From: a virus
DNA: 64,000 bases
IMG/VR virus record: IMGVR_UViG_3300008954_000029
Coordinates: 20,663 to 84,662 of that record
Direction: 5' to 3' (one strand)
In this document: positions 63,773 through 64,000 of the stretch, one piece after another
Numbering within the stretch: the stretch's first letter is position 1
Layout of the letters: every line of letters starts with the position of its first letter
The notes under the pieces: generated by a model
Database searches by the model: none
Told to the model about the DNA's origin: nothing
Seen by the model: the letters and a program-made list of their open reading frames with translations, nothing else
Made by a program: the position numbers and the translations under genes

Positions 63773-63780
63773 TAAGTAGT
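63773..63780 (-). promoter_or_regulatory. putative late promoter ACTACTTA
   Basis: variant motif just after the capsid terminator, upstream of neck gene. Confidence 0.6.
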
Positions 63781-63808
63781 TTCCAATGGTCATAATCTCA
63801 TTTTTAAT

Positions 63809-63845
63809 AAAAAAAGCCCCGCCCTCAGCTAAGAGAACGGGGCTT
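63809..63845 (-). terminator. rho-independent terminator after major capsid gene
   Basis: AAGCCCCG..CGGGGCTT stem followed by T-tract. Confidence 0.85.
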
Positions 63846-63869
63846 CGGTTTTGCTTTTTAAGCTATGGC

Positions 63870-64000
63870 TTAAGCGCCATCCTCACCAAGCAGACCACGA
63901 ACGACAACCAGACCGTACATATCGGGTCGGACCATCTTCTTGGCGTAGCGGGTCATCACGCCCTTACGGGGCACGAAGTCCTCAACACCGAAGATCGTGG
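63870..64000 (-). CDS. major capsid protein (gp23-like), C-terminal end
   Basis: manual translation TIFGVEDFVPRKGVMTRYAKKMVRPDMYGLVVVRGLLGEDGA-stop. Confidence 0.88.
   Translation of the reverse strand, partial: TIFGVEDFVPRKGVMTRYAKKMVRPDMYGLVVVRGLLGEDGA

Noticed and set aside
1-64000. Stop-codon reassignment as in some large phages
   Set aside because: Conserved genes are full length under code 11 and end in TAA, TAG and TGA; no suppressor tRNA was found.

Overview
This window is part of a large T4-like myovirus (jumbo-phage type) genome with about 85 tightly packed genes, all on the minus strand. Right to left it carries: the major capsid C-terminus, neck, tail sheath, tube, tape measure and baseplate genes; a replication/recombination block (mini family-A polymerase, divergent tubulin/FtsZ-like protein, gp32-like SSB, RecA, 5'-3' exonuclease, helicase); five tRNAs; nucleotide metabolism genes (NrdJ, ThyX, PurA, dNK, dUTPase, IMPDH); a proteostasis set (GroEL/ES, Hsp20, J-domain protein, ClpP, deformylase); and lysis enzymes. 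Main highlights: (1) dnaE is fractured by a split intein that resembles the cyanobacterial DnaE intein but has an acidic C-half and a shifted insertion site, with a free-standing Zn-finger/Vsr-like endonuclease between the halves. (2) A recurrent ACTAnTTA upstream motif is a probable late promoter; it marks structural genes and also scattered genes whose products have putative prohead-protease leaders, i.e. possible capsid cargo. (3) Myxobacterial-type surface proteins (MtsC-like TSP3 protein with a MYXO-CTERM-like tail; Cys-repeat/vWA lipoprotein) suggest a Myxococcota-like host. (4) An H-type pseudoknot lies just after the ssb stop codon, and the next gene is in frame. (5) There is a probable +1 frameshift in the tail-assembly genes. 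All calls come from reading motifs by eye; no database search was run.
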